A DNA stretch of 20,080 nucleotides from Promethearchaeota archaeon (lineage in GTDB: Archaea; Asgardarchaeota; Lokiarchaeia; Sigyniarchaeales; SOKP01): the NCBI GenBank assembly GCA_004524535.1, contig SDNY01000066.1, forward strand, positions 1-20,080, read 5' to 3'. The notes under the pieces are model-generated. The model made no database searches. It worked only from the letters and a program-made list of their open reading frames with translations, and was not told the DNA's origin. Below, one piece after another: positions 17,337 to 20,080 of this stretch. Position 1 is the first letter of the stretch, and the number at the start of each line of letters is the position of its first letter. The position numbers and the translations under genes were made by a program.

Positions 17337-17804
17337 TTGAGCAAAGTCGTTTTTGAAACAGAAGATGAAGAAGAAGTTAAAGTAGATAAGGATTGGAAGC
17401 CTAGAATTCTTGCATTCCTTTGTAATTGGTGCTCTTATGCCGGAGCGGACTTAGCTGGTGTCAGTAGAATTCAATATCCCGCAACAGTTCGAGTGGTGAG
17501 AGTACCATGCACCGGCAGAATTAATCCATTCTTTATACTCAAGGCATTAACAGATGGATGGGATGGTGTGGTGGTTTCTGGTTGTCATCCAGGTGATTGC
17601 CACTATATTAGTGGAAATTTAGTTGCAAGAAGACGTTTTGCATTGTTGAATGAACTTCTGGAGTTCTTTGGAATAGAACCAGGAAGGGTTAATTTTATGT
17701 GGGCTTCTGCTGCTGAAGGTGAACGATTCGCCGTCTTAATTGAAAAAGCAACGGAAAGAGTAAAAAAATTGGGTCCAAATAAAAGATTTTTAAAAAAGTG
17801 GTGA
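17337..17804 (+). CDS. mvhD: MvhD/FlxD [2Fe-2S] subunit
   Basis: FLCNWCSYAGADLAG, RVPCTGR, GCHPGDCHY, WASAAEG; TTG start. Confidence 0.95.
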   Translation: MSKVVFETEDEEEVKVDKDWKPRILAFLCNWCSYAGADLAGVSRIQYPATVRVVRVPCTGRINPFFILKALTDGWDGVVVSGCHPGDCHYISGNLVARRRFALLNELLEFFGIEPGRVNFMWASAAEGERFAVLIEKATERVKKLGPNKRFLKKW

Positions 17805-17809
17805 TTTAG

Positions 17810-18817
17810 ATGGGAATTGAAGAGGAAAATCAAAAAATAGAAAAATCTATCAGGGATATTGCCAGAGATCTTCTTAAAAATAAGGAAGTTGATGTAATTA
17901 TTGGCTATACAGAAGGAACCGTCCCCTTGAGTACTTCTCCAATAATTATTAGAGATGAAAAAGATGTTGATAAATTAGTTTGGAACAATTTTTGTTATAT
18001 TAATCTTGCAAAATATCTTGCACCTCGAATGCCACAATTAGTTGATCCTGAAAAAGGGGAATTAAAAGTAGGGATTGTTACAAAAGGGTGTGTTGGAAGA
18101 GCGTTAATTCAACTAGCTATTGAAAAACAGATCAATCTTGATAATGTTAAGATAATTGGAATTCCTTGTAATGGAATTGTAAATAGAAGGAGAATTGAAA
18201 AGGAGATTGGAGAGAAAGAGATTCTTGAGGTATCAGTATCAGAAGACAATATAATTGTGAAAGGGAAAAACTTCGAAGAATCATTTCCATTCAGTGAATA
18301 TATCAATGAGTTGTGTAAACAATGTAAAATTAAATCTCCCCCAAAAGTTGATAGCTGTGTTGGAGAATGTGGTGAATATGAATCTGTGTTTGATGAATTT
18401 AATGATGTTAAAGAATTTGAATCAAAAACCCCCGATGAAAAATGGGAATATATAAATGACCTGTTAAGTACATGTACAAGATGTTATGCTTGTAGAGAAG
18501 CATGTCCTATGTGCTACTGTAATTTATGTTTCGTGGATCAAAATAAGCCTATTTGGTTTGGAAAAACTACGGATCAAACTGAGATCTTAATGTTTCATTT
18601 AATCAGAGCTATGCATATGGCAGGAAGATGTGTCGCTTGCGGTGCGTGTAGCAGTGTTTGTCCCGTAGGAATTGATTTGAATTTAATAACGAGGAAATTA
18701 GAACAAATGGTAAAAGAAAGATATAATTTTACGTCAGGGATTGATATAGATAAGTTCCCGCCCATGATGGATTTTGAAATGGAAGATGAGCAAGAATTTA
18801 TGCTTGAGGAAGATTAA
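17810..18817 (+). CDS. FlxC-like 4Fe-4S protein (FdhB/FrhB-related)
   Basis: CTRCYACREACPMCYC, FHLIRAMHMAGRCVACGACSSVCP; position after mvhD as in hdrA-flxDCBA. Confidence 0.85.
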   Translation: MGIEEENQKIEKSIRDIARDLLKNKEVDVIIGYTEGTVPLSTSPIIIRDEKDVDKLVWNNFCYINLAKYLAPRMPQLVDPEKGELKVGIVTKGCVGRALIQLAIEKQINLDNVKIIGIPCNGIVNRRRIEKEIGEKEILEVSVSEDNIIVKGKNFEESFPFSEYINELCKQCKIKSPPKVDSCVGECGEYESVFDEFNDVKEFESKTPDEKWEYINDLLSTCTRCYACREACPMCYCNLCFVDQNKPIWFGKTTDQTEILMFHLIRAMHMAGRCVACGACSSVCPVGIDLNLITRKLEQMVKERYNFTSGIDIDKFPPMMDFEMEDEQEFMLEED

Positions 18818-18834
18818 AAAGGTGAAATTATAAG

Positions 18835-19872
18835 ATGGAACAAAAAATTTTGTTAAAGAAAGATATTGGAAAATTATATAATGAATTATCTAAAGAATTT
18901 AAATTCTATGCGCCTATCAACGAGAAAGGATATATCACATTTCGAAAAATTGAAAATCCAGATAATATCGTATTGGATTACCTAAACTCAAAAATCCCTC
19001 CTAAAGATGTACTCTTTCCCGAAAAAGATATACTTTTTGAATATCGATACGAGGGAAAAGAGGTAATTATTGAGGAGCCAAAAAATTTAGACGAGAAGAA
19101 AATAATCTTTGGAATCCGACCATGCGATGCCTATAGCTTTGAATTATTTGCGAACTTTTTTTCATTCCATGGGAATTGCAAAGATGAGATTTATCTGACA
19201 AAGAAAGAAAATACTGTTCTTATAGGGATTGGGTGTAATTCCCCCCGACAAACATGTTTCTGTACTTCAGTAGGAGGTCATCCATTTAAAAAAGAAAATG
19301 TCGATATATTTTTAGTTGATCTGGGGAATAAATATCTGGTCGAGTCAATCAGCGAGAGGGGAGAAGCGATTGTAAAAAGTCTATCTTGGCTTGGAAAAGC
19401 AAATGATGAGGATAAACAAAAGGCAGAAGAATTATCAAAGAAAGCAGAAGAGATGATTACTACACAGATAGATCCCGATAAAATAGACAAGATCTTGGAC
19501 GAAAATTTTCAGCATCCAATTTGGAGTGAAATCAGTGAATCGTGCATAAGTTGTGGTACATGTGCATATTTATGTCCTACATGCACTTGCTTCGATGTTA
19601 TAGATGAAAACGATGCTTATCATAATCGTGGGAGAAGAATACGAATTTGGGATACTTGTCAATCTTGTCTTTATACGATGGAGACAAGCGGTCATAATCC
19701 ACGAGGCTCTAAAATAGAACGTTGCCGGAATCGTATTATGCATAAATTTAGCTATTATCCAAAAAATTATGATTTAACTGGCTGTGTTGGCTGTGGACGT
19801 TGCGTTTTATATTGTCCCGCGAATAATGATTTAAGATATATTCTCAAAGAAATTGAACAAATTGAATCATAA
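18835..19872 (+). CDS. FlxB / AsrA-like 4Fe-4S dicluster protein
   Basis: FGIRPCD, CFCTS, CISCGTCAYLCPTCTCF, RIWDTC, HKFSY, CVGCGRCVLYCP. Confidence 0.88.
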   Translation: MEQKILLKKDIGKLYNELSKEFKFYAPINEKGYITFRKIENPDNIVLDYLNSKIPPKDVLFPEKDILFEYRYEGKEVIIEEPKNLDEKKIIFGIRPCDAYSFELFANFFSFHGNCKDEIYLTKKENTVLIGIGCNSPRQTCFCTSVGGHPFKKENVDIFLVDLGNKYLVESISERGEAIVKSLSWLGKANDEDKQKAEELSKKAEEMITTQIDPDKIDKILDENFQHPIWSEISESCISCGTCAYLCPTCTCFDVIDENDAYHNRGRRIRIWDTCQSCLYTMETSGHNPRGSKIERCRNRIMHKFSYYPKNYDLTGCVGCGRCVLYCPANNDLRYILKEIEQIES

Positions 19873-19888
19873 AAGGTGAAAAGAGTAT

Positions 19889-20080
19889 ATGGTAAATCCA
19901 TACATACCAAAATTAACCAAGGTAAAATCACTAGTATCTGAAAATAAAGCAAATGATATTAAAACGATTGAGTTAGAATTTAAAAAAGAAGAAGATTATA
20001 AAGCATTTGATTATATTCCCGGTCAGTTTGCCGAAATTAGTATATTAGGGAAAGGAGAATGTCCAATCGGTATCGCATCA
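19889..20080 (+). CDS. FlxA / AsrB-like FAD/NAD(P)-binding subunit, 3'-truncated by window edge
   Basis: MVNPYIP...FDYIPGQFAEISILGKGECPIGIAS; AGGTGA ribosome-binding site upstream; frame open to the end of the window. Confidence 0.85.
   Translation, partial: MVNPYIPKLTKVKSLVSENKANDIKTIELEFKKEEDYKAFDYIPGQFAEISILGKGECPIGIAS

Noticed and set aside
15337-17804. Selenocysteine recoding in HdrA/MvhD
   Set aside because: No in-frame TGA; the relevant positions (DCSAC, CNWC, GDCHY) are Cys codons.
2210-19952. Short antisense or overlapping ORFs in the track (e.g. 2210-2410, 4796-4993, 8562-8804, 9804-10094, 15249-15536, 16471-16818, 19767-19952)
   Set aside because: Shadow ORFs of well-supported genes with no recognisable motifs.
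1-20080. CRISPR array, tRNA/rRNA genes, transposase or integrase
   Set aside because: No regularly spaced repeats, cloverleaf or GC-rich structural RNA segment, or recombinase motifs seen by eye.

Overview
AT-rich archaeal window, most likely Asgard (Lokiarchaeia-like), judged from a TFB gene, a Loki-type C-terminal sorting signal and the Hdr gene set. It opens with a two-component operon (histidine kinase, Rcp1-like receiver, receiver-Lrp/AsnC fusion) and a surface beta-propeller gene bracketed by a 105-bp exact direct repeat. It then carries a dispersed hdrC / hdrB / hdrA-flxDCBA (mvhD) electron-bifurcation cluster. Between hdrC and hdrB is a ~3.8-kb patch of gene fragments flanked by two copies of the hdrB 5' end. 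Between hdrB and hdrA are redox accessory genes (two thioredoxins, iron-sulfur flavoprotein, sirtuin, MBL hydrolase, dodecin, IscU). The key observation is that hdrB is interrupted by a 29-nt hairpin forming a bulge-helix-bulge-like splice motif. Removing it at the canonical EndA cut positions restores the frame and the CX31CC cluster-binding motif, making it a candidate archaeal mRNA intron in an energy-metabolism gene.
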